Source: a virus
Lineage: Duplodnaviria; Heunggongvirae; Uroviricota; Caudoviricetes
DNA: 64,000 bases
Virus record (IMG/VR): IMGVR_UViG_3300031417_000403
Location: 123,133-187,132 of that record
Reading direction: 5' to 3' (one strand)
The notes beneath the pieces were generated by a model. The model searched no databases. It saw only the letters and a program-made list of their open reading frames with translations, and was not told the origin of the DNA. Made by a program: the position numbers and the translations under genes. Of the stretch, positions 53,767 through 63,312 are shown one piece after another. Each line of letters opens with the position of its first letter. Within the stretch, counting starts at the first letter, position 1.

Positions 53767-55172
53767 AGACATGCAACATTACCGTACGTGACGAAGTCCA
53801 TTGTCACGTCACTGGACTCGAACCACAGGACCACGAATTCCTGATGAAGAAATTCGCCCTGATGGTTGAAGGCGCATTCTTCATGCCGCTTTACAAACTC
53901 GGCCGTTGGGACGGCAAGGTCAAGTTCTTCGAACCGAGCGGCAAGGTTTACACCCGCTTGCTGCCTGACATCCTGCCGTTCATCGACGGCTGGGGTTATG
54001 AAGTCAACCTGCAAGACTTGCGCAAACCAGTTCCTGTTATCAAAACCCGCATCGACGCAGATCGCTTCATCGGCAAAGAAGGCATGGAGCTGAAAGTAAC
54101 GATGCGCCCGTACCAGGTTGATGCAGTCAATGCCTGCCTGGATGCTGGTTCAGGTTTCGTTGTCGCTGCCACCGCGTCAGGCAAAACCTGGATGGTTGCA
54201 GCTCTGTCCGACGTCATGTCGGAGAACGAACTCCGCACAATCGTCATCGTTCCGTCCGATGACTTGGTGAAACAAACCGTCGCCACGTTCCGCCTTGCAG
54301 CGCTTGATGTTGGTACGTACTCGGGCGAAAGCAAAGACCTGTATCACATGGTGGTCGTTGCAACCTGGCAAGCACTGCAGAACAATCCTGCTGTTATGAA
54401 AGATTTCCAGTGCGTCATCGTCGACGAAGCGCACGGTGCAAAAGCCAAGGTCGTTGGTGAACTCATCAACGTGCACGGCAAAGACATCGCCTACCGTTAC
54501 GGCTTCACCGGCACTCTGCCGAAACCACTGATCGACCAGACGACTCTCAAGGGCTGCATCGGCGAAGAGCTGTACGCCATCACCGCTGCCGAACTGATGG
54601 AGATGGGTTACGTCGCTGAGCTGGAAATCGAACCAGTCGAAACCGAAGAGGACGTTGAGGAAGAATTCCCGGACTACCAGAGCGAGAAGGCCTACCTGGC
54701 AAAGTCGCCTGAACGTCTCGACTTCCTGGCTGACCTCATCATCGCGAAGGCTGAACAGCATGGCAATACGTTTGTTCTCGTCAACTCGATCAAGCAAGGT
54801 CAAGCACTGCAGAAGCGTATCAAGAACTCTGTGTTCCTGTACGGTGCTGACGACTCCGATGTCCGTGCTGAATGGTACTCGATGTTTGAAGAACGAGACG
54901 ACATGATCGTCATCGCAACCTTCGGCATTGCATCCACCGGTATTTCGATCGACCGTATCTTCTGCCTGTTCATGATCGATGCTGGTAAATCGTTCATTCG
55001 TGCAATTCAAACCGTTGGCCGTTCACTCCGCAAGGGTCATGACAAAGACAGCGTCGTCTGTGTTGATGTACACTCCAAGTTGAAATGGTCGAAGAAACAC
55101 TTCCGCGAACGCGTCAAGTATTTCAAAGAAGCCAAGTACAAGATGGCTAAGATCAAGAAGTTCAAACTGTAA
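53763..55172 (+). CDS. uvsW: SF2 DNA helicase UvsW
   Basis: RPYQ, ATASGKT, VDEAH, GFTGT, STGISI, IQTVGRSLR. Confidence 0.92.
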   Translation: MKTCNITVRDEVHCHVTGLEPQDHEFLMKKFALMVEGAFFMPLYKLGRWDGKVKFFEPSGKVYTRLLPDILPFIDGWGYEVNLQDLRKPVPVIKTRIDADRFIGKEGMELKVTMRPYQVDAVNACLDAGSGFVVAATASGKTWMVAALSDVMSENELRTIVIVPSDDLVKQTVATFRLAALDVGTYSGESKDLYHMVVVATWQALQNNPAVMKDFQCVIVDEAHGAKAKVVGELINVHGKDIAYRYGFTGTLPKPLIDQTTLKGCIGEELYAITAAELMEMGYVAELEIEPVETEEDVEEEFPDYQSEKAYLAKSPERLDFLADLIIAKAEQHGNTFVLVNSIKQGQALQKRIKNSVFLYGADDSDVRAEWYSMFEERDDMIVIATFGIASTGISIDRIFCLFMIDAGKSFIRAIQTVGRSLRKGHDKDSVVCVDVHSKLKWSKKHFRERVKYFKEAKYKMAKIKKFKL

Positions 55173-55183
55173 AGGAGGTACAC

Positions 55184-55501
55184 ATGAAAATTCGTTCACG
55201 CCCAGAGGTCAAACAACGCTGCGAACCGATCGTCGAGAATGCCCTGCGTCAACTGCAGTCCAACACTCGCAATGCACTCGGAAACGTAATCACCCTCGAC
55301 GAGCACGAACGCTCGTTGAAGATGATTATGTCTTCGCTGCAGATGGCCGGTATCATTTGCCACTATCAAATCGGCACGGCAGTTGAAACCAAGCAATCAA
55401 CCTACGAGAAGAACGAATGGTTGATCCGACTCAAGTTTACTGATGATGCCACACGGAAAACAGGGTATATTGTAGACCTCGTCTTCCACTACTATCACTA
55501 A
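55184..55501 (+). CDS. hypothetical protein
   Basis: AAGGAGG RBS. Confidence 0.7.
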   Translation: MKIRSRPEVKQRCEPIVENALRQLQSNTRNALGNVITLDEHERSLKMIMSSLQMAGIICHYQIGTAVETKQSTYEKNEWLIRLKFTDDATRKTGYIVDLVFHYYH

Positions 55502-55509
55502 GGCAATAC

Positions 55510-56019
55510 ATGCAAATTCTAACAGAAGTCTCCAGGTCATACATCATCGATTCCCTTACTGGGCCGATGGGTGTGACCCACTTCTGGACGCTGAGCGGCC
55601 ACATGATGGACTTCAAACTCGAACCACTCGAGTACCTGGAAGAAACCATCGGGCCTACCATCCGCGTCCGGGTCCAGAACCTGGAAATCGACTTTCCTGC
55701 CAGCTGGAATCTTATCGCGGTTGACCGTGAGACGTACACCATTGATTCAATTCCGATCACGGCCTGTGCCACGTTCGAACACGACATCCTCCTCTTCTCG
55801 CCCAACGATTCCAAGCTAGTCACAACGAAACTGACGGTCATCGATTACTTCGAAAAGAAATCGTGCATCCACCCGATGGTTCCGAAGGGCTCTGCGATGA
55901 TCCATCCAACTGGGCCAGAAATGTCAAACGGCAAATCAATCTTTTACGGGATCGTGTGTGGGCCCCATGACATCGGACGCTACGTGTTCGGAAAAACTGT
56001 TGGCGATATTTTGGGCTAA
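55510..56019 (+). CDS. hypothetical protein
   Basis: ORF, codon bias. Confidence 0.7.
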   Translation: MQILTEVSRSYIIDSLTGPMGVTHFWTLSGHMMDFKLEPLEYLEETIGPTIRVRVQNLEIDFPASWNLIAVDRETYTIDSIPITACATFEHDILLFSPNDSKLVTTKLTVIDYFEKKSCIHPMVPKGSAMIHPTGPEMSNGKSIFYGIVCGPHDIGRYVFGKTVGDILG

Positions 56020-56538
56020 CGCTTTCTTTCTTGCAATGGTGGCACGCCTACTTGCCACCCTCTTTGCAATCTGTTCAGGAGTTTGCTTTGTGCCGAGGCG
56101 ATTCTGTCCCCAGCGCTTTGCATTCTCCTCGTTCCGTGGTACTTTCAATTGCGCTTGACGATTTGCTTCGACATGTTCCGGCGACTTTGGTTTTCCCTTC
56201 AATGCTTTCGAAATCTTCGCGCGTTGTTCAGCTGTCAACTTTGTGCCTAACGGACTTCCAGCAAGTTTGCAGGTGTTGTACAGTTTCGTTGATGCATCCA
56301 TCCAACGCTGTTCGGCGGAAAGCAAAAGTTCTTTCTCTGGTGCAACTGCTTCTACTAGCTCGTAGGTAAATGCGTCAGCTCCGTACTTGTTGTACGCACG
56401 TTGCAGATGAGAACACCTATGCACGCCAGCCCTCAATTCTCTCTTGTGTCGAAGCCATCGGCGTTTGATATTCACAGAGCTGCCAACATAGCGTGTTTCG
56501 GAATTGATGTGTTTGATGATATAAATGCCTGAATTCAT
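55936..56538 (-). mobile_element. free-standing GIY-YIG homing endonuclease with NUMOD3 repeats
   Basis: SGIYII...RYVGSS..IKRRW..H; KLTAEQRAKISKAL, KSPEHVE, QTPEQIAKR. Confidence 0.9.
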
Positions 56539-56617
56539 ATATTTTCTATGAGTATTTGTTCATAGTTATATATCGACCCAAGTGGGCCTCGTTCAGCGCG
56601 CTCGATGTAATCACAAC

Positions 56618-56625
56618 CATAAATA
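56618..56625 (+). promoter_or_regulatory. late promoter CATAAATA
   Basis: Upstream of lysin. Confidence 0.8.
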
Positions 56626-56648
56626 GCCTTCAATCTAGGAGGCTATTC

Positions 56649-57242
56649 ATGGCAACTTACACAAAGGCATTTGAGCGGGCGATCGACCACGCGATGCTCT
56701 ACGAGGTTGGCGGTTTTTGGAACGTCAATCACCCTGCTGTCGCGCAGGGGCTTATCAATACCGCGGCAAATCGTAAGGCTGTTGGCTATGTCAACGACCC
56801 ATACGACAGCGGTGGTGAGACCAAATTCGGTGTTGCCAAGAACGCAAATCAAGACCTCAACATCACAAAGCTGACATGGGCTCAGGCGAAATCCGTTTAC
56901 TTCGTGCGCTACTGGCTCGCCGGTAAGTGCGATCAACTCCCTGCACGCTTGGCAGTACTGCACTTCGACGGCTGTGTCAACCACGGTGTCGCGCGTGCAA
57001 ACAAATTCCTCCAAACCGCGCTCGGCGTTCCAGCAGATGGAGTAGTCGGGCCTGTCACTATCGCTAAAGCAAAAGCTGCGAATGAGATGAACATTCTCAA
57101 CAGCGTTTGCAGTCAACGCGAAGCCTTTTATCGTTCCATCGTTAAGAACAACGCCACACAAGCACGGTATCTGACCGGCTGGCTCCGTCGTATCACGGAG
57201 GTGCGCGCATTTGTTACCAACAAGAATATCAGCTTCGTCTAA
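56649..57242 (+). CDS. glycoside hydrolase family 108 lysozyme (endolysin) with PG-binding domain
   Basis: E..G.......YVNDPYDSGGETKFGV, FDGCVNHG, DGVVGP, YLTGWLRR. Confidence 0.9.
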   Translation: MATYTKAFERAIDHAMLYEVGGFWNVNHPAVAQGLINTAANRKAVGYVNDPYDSGGETKFGVAKNANQDLNITKLTWAQAKSVYFVRYWLAGKCDQLPARLAVLHFDGCVNHGVARANKFLQTALGVPADGVVGPVTIAKAKAANEMNILNSVCSQREAFYRSIVKNNATQARYLTGWLRRITEVRAFVTNKNISFV

Positions 57243-57253
57243 GTATCACCCTC

Positions 57254-57290
57254 ACGCACCGTTGACTAAAATCAACGGTGCGTTGTAGTT
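57254..57290 (+). terminator. terminator stem-loop
   Basis: ACGCACCGTTGA-CTAAAA-TCAACGGTGCGT. Confidence 0.7.
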
Positions 57291-57373
57291 TCCGAATCGT
57301 AACAACCGAAAAAGATGTTATAATGTCAATCTTGGTTGTTCAGAAGCAACTATCAACCAACTGAAAAATGTAA

Positions 57374-59746
57374 ATGGAAAAGAACTCAGAAATTAACTTC
57401 GTCGTTAAACGCGACGGTAGCAAGGTCGCTTGGGACCTTGCTAAATGGCAATCACAGATTGCAAAGGTATGTGAAGGCGTAGCTGACGTTTCACCATCGA
57501 TGATCGAGATGAATGCTCGTGCTCAGTTTCACGATGGCATGACCACAAAGCGTCTCGACGAGATTGCTCTTCGTTCGATGGTCGACCTGATCGACGAAAT
57601 CGAACGTCCAGACGTGGGCAACGTCAACTACCAGTATGTTGCTGGTAAGCAGCGCATCACCATGCTGCGCAAAGAGGTTTACGGACAGTACGAAGTGCCG
57701 CGTCTTTACGACATCGTGAAAGCGAACGTCGAAAAGAAATTGTACACGCCTGACCTGTTGGCCTGGTACACCGAAGCAGAATGGGATATGTTGGAACGTG
57801 CAATCGACCACGAAAAGGACGAGGCACTTCCATACGCAGCAGTTGACCAGCTGTGCGAAAAATATCTGGTGCAGAACCGTGTGACCGGTGAAATCGTTGA
57901 GACTCCGCAGATTCGTTACATGGTGGCAGCTGCTACCGCGTTCCATGCAGAGAAGAAAGATCGCCTGAAGTACGTCAAGGAATTCTATGCTTCGGCATCG
58001 GATGGACAGTTCACTCTGGCAACGCCTGTGCTCGCTGGTCTTGGAACGAAGACGAAACAGTTCTCGTCTTGCGTGCTCATCAAGTCCGATGATACACTGA
58101 AATCGATCTTCGCATCGGGTCAAGTGCTCGCTGACTATGCATCGAAGAAAGCAGGTATCGGTCTGGAAGTTGGGCGCCTCCGTCCGCTCGGTGCTCCGAT
58201 CCGTAACGGCGAAATCAAGCACACCGGTTACATTCCGTTCCTGAAGAAATGGTTCGCTGACCTGCGCTCGTGCTCGGCCGGTGGTATCCGCAATGCAGCT
58301 TGCACGGTGACCTACCCAATCTGGCACTATCAGTTCGAAGACCTGATCGTCTTGAAGAACAACCAGGGTACCGAAGAGAACCGTGTTCGTCACATGGACT
58401 ACTCCGTCGCAATGTGCTCGTTCTTCTGGAAGCGTTTCAAAGCACAGGGCAACATCACATTCTTCGATCCGAACGAAGTGCCGGACATGTACGAAGCGTA
58501 CTACCGCGACATCGCCGAATTCGAAAAGCTGTACGTCAAGTACGAGAAGGGTGCCGTTGCAATGGGTCTCCGCGTGAAGACTCTGCCAGCAGAAACCGTC
58601 TTCAAAGACATGCTGCTGAAAGAGCGTGGCGACGTTGGCCGCATCTACATTCTGAACGTTGACAACATTCAACGTCAGGGTCCGTTCGATTCGCTGCTGC
58701 ACCCAGTGTACCAGTCGAACCTGTGCCAGGAAATCATGCAGCACACTCGTCCGTTCCAAACGGTCGATGACACGAACGGTCGTATCGCACTCTGCACGTT
58801 GGGTTCGATCAACTACGGTGCATTCCGCCACCCAGAAGAAATGCGTCGCCCGCTTCGTATTCTTCAGCGCATGCTCCACAACCTGCTGCAGTATCAAGAC
58901 TTCCTGACGATCCAGTCAGAACTGCACAACAAGGAATTCGAACCACTCGGCATCGGTGTTACAAACCTGGCTTACTGGCACGCGAAGCGCAAGCTGAAGT
59001 ACGGTGAACCAGAAGCACTGGCTGAAGTGAAACGTTGGATGGAACACATGTCGTTCTATGCAACCGAAGGAACTGTTGATCTGGCGCAAGAAAAAGGCAA
59101 GTGCCTGGAGTCCGACAACACATGGCCTGGTCGTGGCGTGTTCACCCACGAACGTCGTGCGCCTGGTGTGAATGATCTGACCGACTTCACTCCGAGCCCT
59201 GACCTTGACTGGGAAAGCCTGCGTGTTCGCATGAAGACGTATGGTGTTCGCAATGCGACCAACATCGCTCTGCCTCCAGTTGAATCATCGTCTGTCGTCA
59301 TCAACTCGACGAACGGCATCTCGATGGTCAAGGACCTGATCGTTATCAAGGGTTCGAAAGCTGGTGACTTCGCGCAAGTTGTTCCAGAGTACAAGAAGCT
59401 GAAGAACCATTACCAGCTGCTGTGGGATCAACCAGACTGCATCGAGTATCTGAAGACAGTTGCGGTCATGCAAGTTTACACGGACCAAGGTATTTCGAGC
59501 GACACGTTCTACTCGCCAAAGTTCTTCCCGGAATACAAGATTCCAGCAACACTGGTCGCACGTAACCTGATGCTGTGTCATCACTGGGGATTCAAGTCGC
59601 ACTACTACAACTTGGTTGACAAGCAAGCTCTGCTCGATGCACTGAACGCAGAAGCCCTTGCAGCTCTTGAAGATGTGCCGGTCAAGTTCGACCAAGAAGA
59701 AACCTCGGTTGAGGAAGAAGAATACTGCGAGGCTTGCGTTCTGTGA
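57374..59746 (+). CDS. nrdA: ribonucleotide reductase class Ia alpha subunit with ATP cone
   Basis: VVKRDG cone, ATPVLAG, QFSSC, SNLCQE, C-terminal CEAC. Confidence 0.97.
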   Translation: MEKNSEINFVVKRDGSKVAWDLAKWQSQIAKVCEGVADVSPSMIEMNARAQFHDGMTTKRLDEIALRSMVDLIDEIERPDVGNVNYQYVAGKQRITMLRKEVYGQYEVPRLYDIVKANVEKKLYTPDLLAWYTEAEWDMLERAIDHEKDEALPYAAVDQLCEKYLVQNRVTGEIVETPQIRYMVAAATAFHAEKKDRLKYVKEFYASASDGQFTLATPVLAGLGTKTKQFSSCVLIKSDDTLKSIFASGQVLADYASKKAGIGLEVGRLRPLGAPIRNGEIKHTGYIPFLKKWFADLRSCSAGGIRNAACTVTYPIWHYQFEDLIVLKNNQGTEENRVRHMDYSVAMCSFFWKRFKAQGNITFFDPNEVPDMYEAYYRDIAEFEKLYVKYEKGAVAMGLRVKTLPAETVFKDMLLKERGDVGRIYILNVDNIQRQGPFDSLLHPVYQSNLCQEIMQHTRPFQTVDDTNGRIALCTLGSINYGAFRHPEEMRRPLRILQRMLHNLLQYQDFLTIQSELHNKEFEPLGIGVTNLAYWHAKRKLKYGEPEALAEVKRWMEHMSFYATEGTVDLAQEKGKCLESDNTWPGRGVFTHERRAPGVNDLTDFTPSPDLDWESLRVRMKTYGVRNATNIALPPVESSSVVINSTNGISMVKDLIVIKGSKAGDFAQVVPEYKKLKNHYQLLWDQPDCIEYLKTVAVMQVYTDQGISSDTFYSPKFFPEYKIPATLVARNLMLCHHWGFKSHYYNLVDKQALLDALNAEALAALEDVPVKFDQEETSVEEEEYCEACVL

Positions 59747-59915
59747 ACCACTATACGATGGACGTAGTGGTTGACGGCAAAGTGCAATCACGGGACATCG
59801 ATTACGTAGATACTACGGTGGGCTTCGGCCCACCAAGGTATGTGCCAAAGATGCTCGACAATGAAAGAGCCGTTTACGCGGTAGATGGAACAACATACAT
59901 TTTTAAGGCGTTTGA

Positions 59916-61040
59916 ATGAGCCAACTAGACTATAGCAAAATTCCCGATTACTCGAATCGACAAATGTTCCTGGACCCTGCTGGTCCAGTGACAATCCAGC
60001 GTTATGAAGAGTACGCGTTTCCGAAGCTGGCACAGTTCCTCGCCACGCAGAAGGGTTCGTTCTGGACTCCAAACGAAATCACGCTGATGAAAGACCAGAT
60101 CGATTTCAAAGAAGCATCGAAGTCGACACGACACATCTACACGTCGAACCTGCTGCGACAGACAATGCTGGACTCGATCCAGGGTCGTTCGCCAGTTCAA
60201 ATCTTCACGCCTGTTTCTTCAGTGCCTGAACTCGAAGGTTTGGTTCTGTGGTGGTCTGCATTCGAGCAGATTCACAGCGAGTCGTACAGCCACATCATCA
60301 AGAACATTTACAACGTGCCAGTCGAACAGTTCAACGCCATTCACGGTATTGACGAAATCACGACGATGGCCAGTGGCATCGACAAGTATTACAATCACCT
60401 GCACTTGCTGAATAGCAAGCGCGCATTGTACGACACCTGCACTGACAGCGAAATGAAGAAGTGGCTGTATGTGTCGGAGCACGATTATATCAAGGCCGTG
60501 TACATGGCGCTCATCGCGTCTTATGGTCTCGAAGCAATCCGTTTCATGGTATCATTTGCCACCTCCCTTGGCATGGTCGAAAATCGCATCTTCATGGGTT
60601 CGGGTAACATCATCTCGCTTATTCTGCAAGATGAAACCCTGCACACCAAGTGGACCGCGTACATCATCAACCAGGTTATCAAGGTCGATCCGCGTTTCCG
60701 CGAGGTAGCATTTGAATGCCGTCAAGAAGCCGCAGACGCTTTGCTCGCCGTCATCGACGAAGAAAAGAACTGGGCTAAATACCTATTCAAAGAAGGACCG
60801 ATGATCGGCATGAACGAAAAGATCATGTGCGACCACGTCGATTATACTGCAGGGATTCGTCTGGGCGAAATTGGTATGAAGCACAATACCAAAATCAAAA
60901 CAGCTCCGCTGCCATGGTTCAACAAGCACTTCAACACCAACAAAAAGCAGACTGCTCTTCAAGAGAATGAAAGCGTTGCATACGTCATTGGTTCGATGAC
61001 CGCTTCCATCAACTACGAAGAACTGCCTGACCTCGCATAA
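59916..61040 (+). CDS. nrdB: ribonucleotide reductase class Ia beta subunit
   Basis: FWTPNE, DSIQGR, EQIHSESY, LEAIRF, DETLH, ALQENE. Confidence 0.97.
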   Translation: MSQLDYSKIPDYSNRQMFLDPAGPVTIQRYEEYAFPKLAQFLATQKGSFWTPNEITLMKDQIDFKEASKSTRHIYTSNLLRQTMLDSIQGRSPVQIFTPVSSVPELEGLVLWWSAFEQIHSESYSHIIKNIYNVPVEQFNAIHGIDEITTMASGIDKYYNHLHLLNSKRALYDTCTDSEMKKWLYVSEHDYIKAVYMALIASYGLEAIRFMVSFATSLGMVENRIFMGSGNIISLILQDETLHTKWTAYIINQVIKVDPRFREVAFECRQEAADALLAVIDEEKNWAKYLFKEGPMIGMNEKIMCDHVDYTAGIRLGEIGMKHNTKIKTAPLPWFNKHFNTNKKQTALQENESVAYVIGSMTASINYEELPDLA

Positions 61041-61048
61041 AGGAAATC

Positions 61049-61270
61049 ATGTTCACGCTCTACACAAAAGACAATTGCACATACTGCGATCAAGCCAAGA
61101 ACCTTTTGCAACAGAAAGGTCTTCCATTCCAAACCCTCAAGCTCGGCGCGGACATCAGCCGCGAAGAACTGCTCGCGAAGATTCCAACGGCTCGCACCAT
61201 GCCGCAGATTCTGAAAGACGGGCAGGTCATCGGCGGATACACTGAGCTGAAACAAATGCTGGCAGCATAA
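61049..61270 (+). CDS. glutaredoxin
   Basis: CTYC, TMPQI, IGGY. Confidence 0.93.
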   Translation: MFTLYTKDNCTYCDQAKNLLQQKGLPFQTLKLGADISREELLAKIPTARTMPQILKDGQVIGGYTELKQMLAA

Positions 61271-61755
61271 TGAACTGGGCCGAAATATTCGCCTTCGACA
61301 AATCGCCACTTGAGCTATTCCTTCGGGTTAGCTTCATGTGGTGGTTCATCTTCCTCACGTTGCGATTCATCATGCGGAGGAACGTTGGCGAAGTCGGCCC
61401 TGCAGACGTATTGCTCCTGGTGCTCGTAGCTGACGGTGCCCAAAATGGTATGGCCGACGAATACAAAAGTATCACGTCGGCTTTTATCGTTGTGGGCACG
61501 TTGTTCTTCTGGAGTTGGTTTCTTGACTGGGGATCGATGCGTTGGAAATGGATGGAGAAACTATCCGAACCGTCTGCAGTGCTAGTCGTCAAGCATGGTG
61601 AATACTGTAGGCGCGTCATGAGAAAAGAAAACATCTCGCAAGAAGATATTGAAGCCGAGATTCGAAAAGCCGGGATCGAAAACGTTACTGACGTTAAATA
61701 TGTCAGATACGAAAGTGATGGAAAGTTTTCCGTCATCCCAAAAGACAAAGGCTGA
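61270..61755 (+). CDS. DUF421/YetF-family membrane protein
   Basis: RRNVGEVGPAD.LLLVL.AD, EIRKAGI, YESDGKFSVI. Confidence 0.85.
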   Translation: MNWAEIFAFDKSPLELFLRVSFMWWFIFLTLRFIMRRNVGEVGPADVLLLVLVADGAQNGMADEYKSITSAFIVVGTLFFWSWFLDWGSMRWKWMEKLSEPSAVLVVKHGEYCRRVMRKENISQEDIEAEIRKAGIENVTDVKYVRYESDGKFSVIPKDKG

Positions 61756-61756
61756 A

Positions 61757-62617
61757 ATGAAAGTTCATGAAATTCTAAACGAAGTACTGGATAGTAAAGT
61801 TGATGTCAAGGTGCATGAAGACAGCAAGTCAACTTACTTCTTCAGTGCCGACATCGCTGGTAGAACTATTCAGTTTCAGGCTGACAAGAAACGCGGCAAC
61901 AAGTGGTTCATGGATTTCTGGCAGCTGGACAAAAAGACGTACGCCATGAACTACGATTTGACCGGCGCAGGTGGAGAACTCAAAGTGTTCTCCGTCATGA
62001 AGGACGCTGTGTTACACCTCATTCAAAAGCACAAGCCTGCGGAGTTGAAGTTCGAAGCTGAGAACAAAACTACGCGGGCGAACTTGTATGAGAAATTCCT
62101 GAAGCGGCTCAATATTCCAGGATACAAGTACGAACGTCAGCAAGGCAAGAGCAAAGACATCTTCGTCCTCACGCCAAACGAAAAGCTTGACGAGATTCTG
62201 AATCGCAAGGTCGATTACGAAGTCACCAGGAATGGAAAGGACTTCCGTGCCGAAGCAAAGATCGGCGACCGCATCATCCACTTCGCGATTGAAAAAGATG
62301 ACGATGATAAAGACGGCGACGCATGGGAGGCAGTGTTCTGGCAGACGAACCTCCAGGGTAACGGCATGAACTTCGGAAAGACTGGCGGTGGCAATGAGCT
62401 GGAGGTATTCTCCATGGTCTCGGCTGCATTGAAACAGTTCATCGAGGACCGCAAACCGGAGAAGATATTTTTTAGTGCTGACAAGAAAGGTACCGACACA
62501 AATCGAGCAGAGCTGTACGATCGACTCGTGAAACGATTCAAGTTGCCTGGATACGAATACAACCGAATTACAAAATCCCACAAGGATACGTTCGTACTCC
62601 AGAGAACGCAGAAATAA
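61757..62617 (+). CDS. protein with two tandem KTG/LTGxG-E...RAxLY domains (GNAT-like?), MKVHEIL leader
   Basis: Internal duplication; paralogue of 13056..13793. Confidence 0.6.
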   Translation: MKVHEILNEVLDSKVDVKVHEDSKSTYFFSADIAGRTIQFQADKKRGNKWFMDFWQLDKKTYAMNYDLTGAGGELKVFSVMKDAVLHLIQKHKPAELKFEAENKTTRANLYEKFLKRLNIPGYKYERQQGKSKDIFVLTPNEKLDEILNRKVDYEVTRNGKDFRAEAKIGDRIIHFAIEKDDDDKDGDAWEAVFWQTNLQGNGMNFGKTGGGNELEVFSMVSAALKQFIEDRKPEKIFFSADKKGTDTNRAELYDRLVKRFKLPGYEYNRITKSHKDTFVLQRTQK

Positions 62618-62619
62618 TA

Positions 62620-62640
62620 GCATTAGCTGACAAATAAGAA
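62620..62640. repeat. 21-bp exact intergenic repeat (copy 2)
   Basis: Identical to 16357..16377. Confidence 0.85.
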
Positions 62641-62663
62641 AATCCACCTTCGGGTGGATTTTT
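62639..62663 (+). terminator. Rho-independent terminator
   Basis: AAAATCCACC-TTCG-GGTGGATTTTT. Confidence 0.9.
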
Positions 62664-62705
62664 CATTTCCGGGCCTAAATATCCGATCATCATAAGGAGA
62701 CCAAC

Positions 62706-63242
62706 ATGGCTACCCCTGCTGCAGCACCAGTCGCAACTACCAATGCAATGATCCTCGACGTCTGGGGATACCAACTCAACCTGATGTCGGTACTGATTAT
62801 CGGTCTCATCTTCATGTTGTTCTATACTTTCTACTCGATCCAAAAGTCCCAGCGTTTGGACTTCGCTGACATGTTCACGAAAGACGGGCGAAAGGTTTCA
62901 TCGACGAAAGTCCTGCAGTTCATCGCCGGCATTGCCTCGACCTGGTTCATCATCAAGACGGGTTTGCAGGGCACGTTGTCAGTTGAAATCTTCGGTGTCT
63001 ATCTAGCGTTCATGGCGTCGGTCGAAGGCTTCAGCAAGTTCATCTCTGCAAAGTACAACTACAAAGAAACGTCTGTGGCCGAAGCAACTGAGAAGGTTGA
63101 AGAGAAGCGAATGCTGGCGGCACGTCAATCGGCGCCAATCATCGATGCTGTTGATGGCGATGGTCCAGTCGAAGCTGAAATCACAGAAACGACAACACCT
63201 GCCGGCGCGAAAACAGTTCAGCAAAAGATTAAAAAAGGCTGA
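62706..63242 (+). CDS. multi-TM late membrane protein, holin candidate
   Basis: CCTAAATA late element; about 3 hydrophobic segments and a charged C-terminal tail. Confidence 0.45.
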   Translation: MATPAAAPVATTNAMILDVWGYQLNLMSVLIIGLIFMLFYTFYSIQKSQRLDFADMFTKDGRKVSSTKVLQFIAGIASTWFIIKTGLQGTLSVEIFGVYLAFMASVEGFSKFISAKYNYKETSVAEATEKVEEKRMLAARQSAPIIDAVDGDGPVEAEITETTTPAGAKTVQQKIKKG

Positions 63243-63250
63243 CAAAGTAC

Positions 63251-63304
63251 TGTGCTCCATGTTGGGTTTCATGTATAATGAACTCATCGACGAACACTAC
63301 GGAG
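63251..63304 (+). promoter_or_regulatory. early promoter TGTGCT-N17-TATAAT with conserved leader/RBS block
   Basis: Near-identical to 8763 block. Confidence 0.8.
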
Positions 63305-63312
63305 CAAACAAA

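Noticed and set aside
57491-58897. 468-aa minus-strand ORF
   Set aside because: Codon-register shadow of nrdA; no RBS or motif. The same applies to 47239-48618, 49514-50467 and 54177-55010.
40565-61040. Inteins or group I introns in terminase, UvsX, UvsW, NrdA, NrdB
   Set aside because: Protein lengths are ordinary, reading frames are uninterrupted, and there are no Hint/LAGLIDADG motifs.
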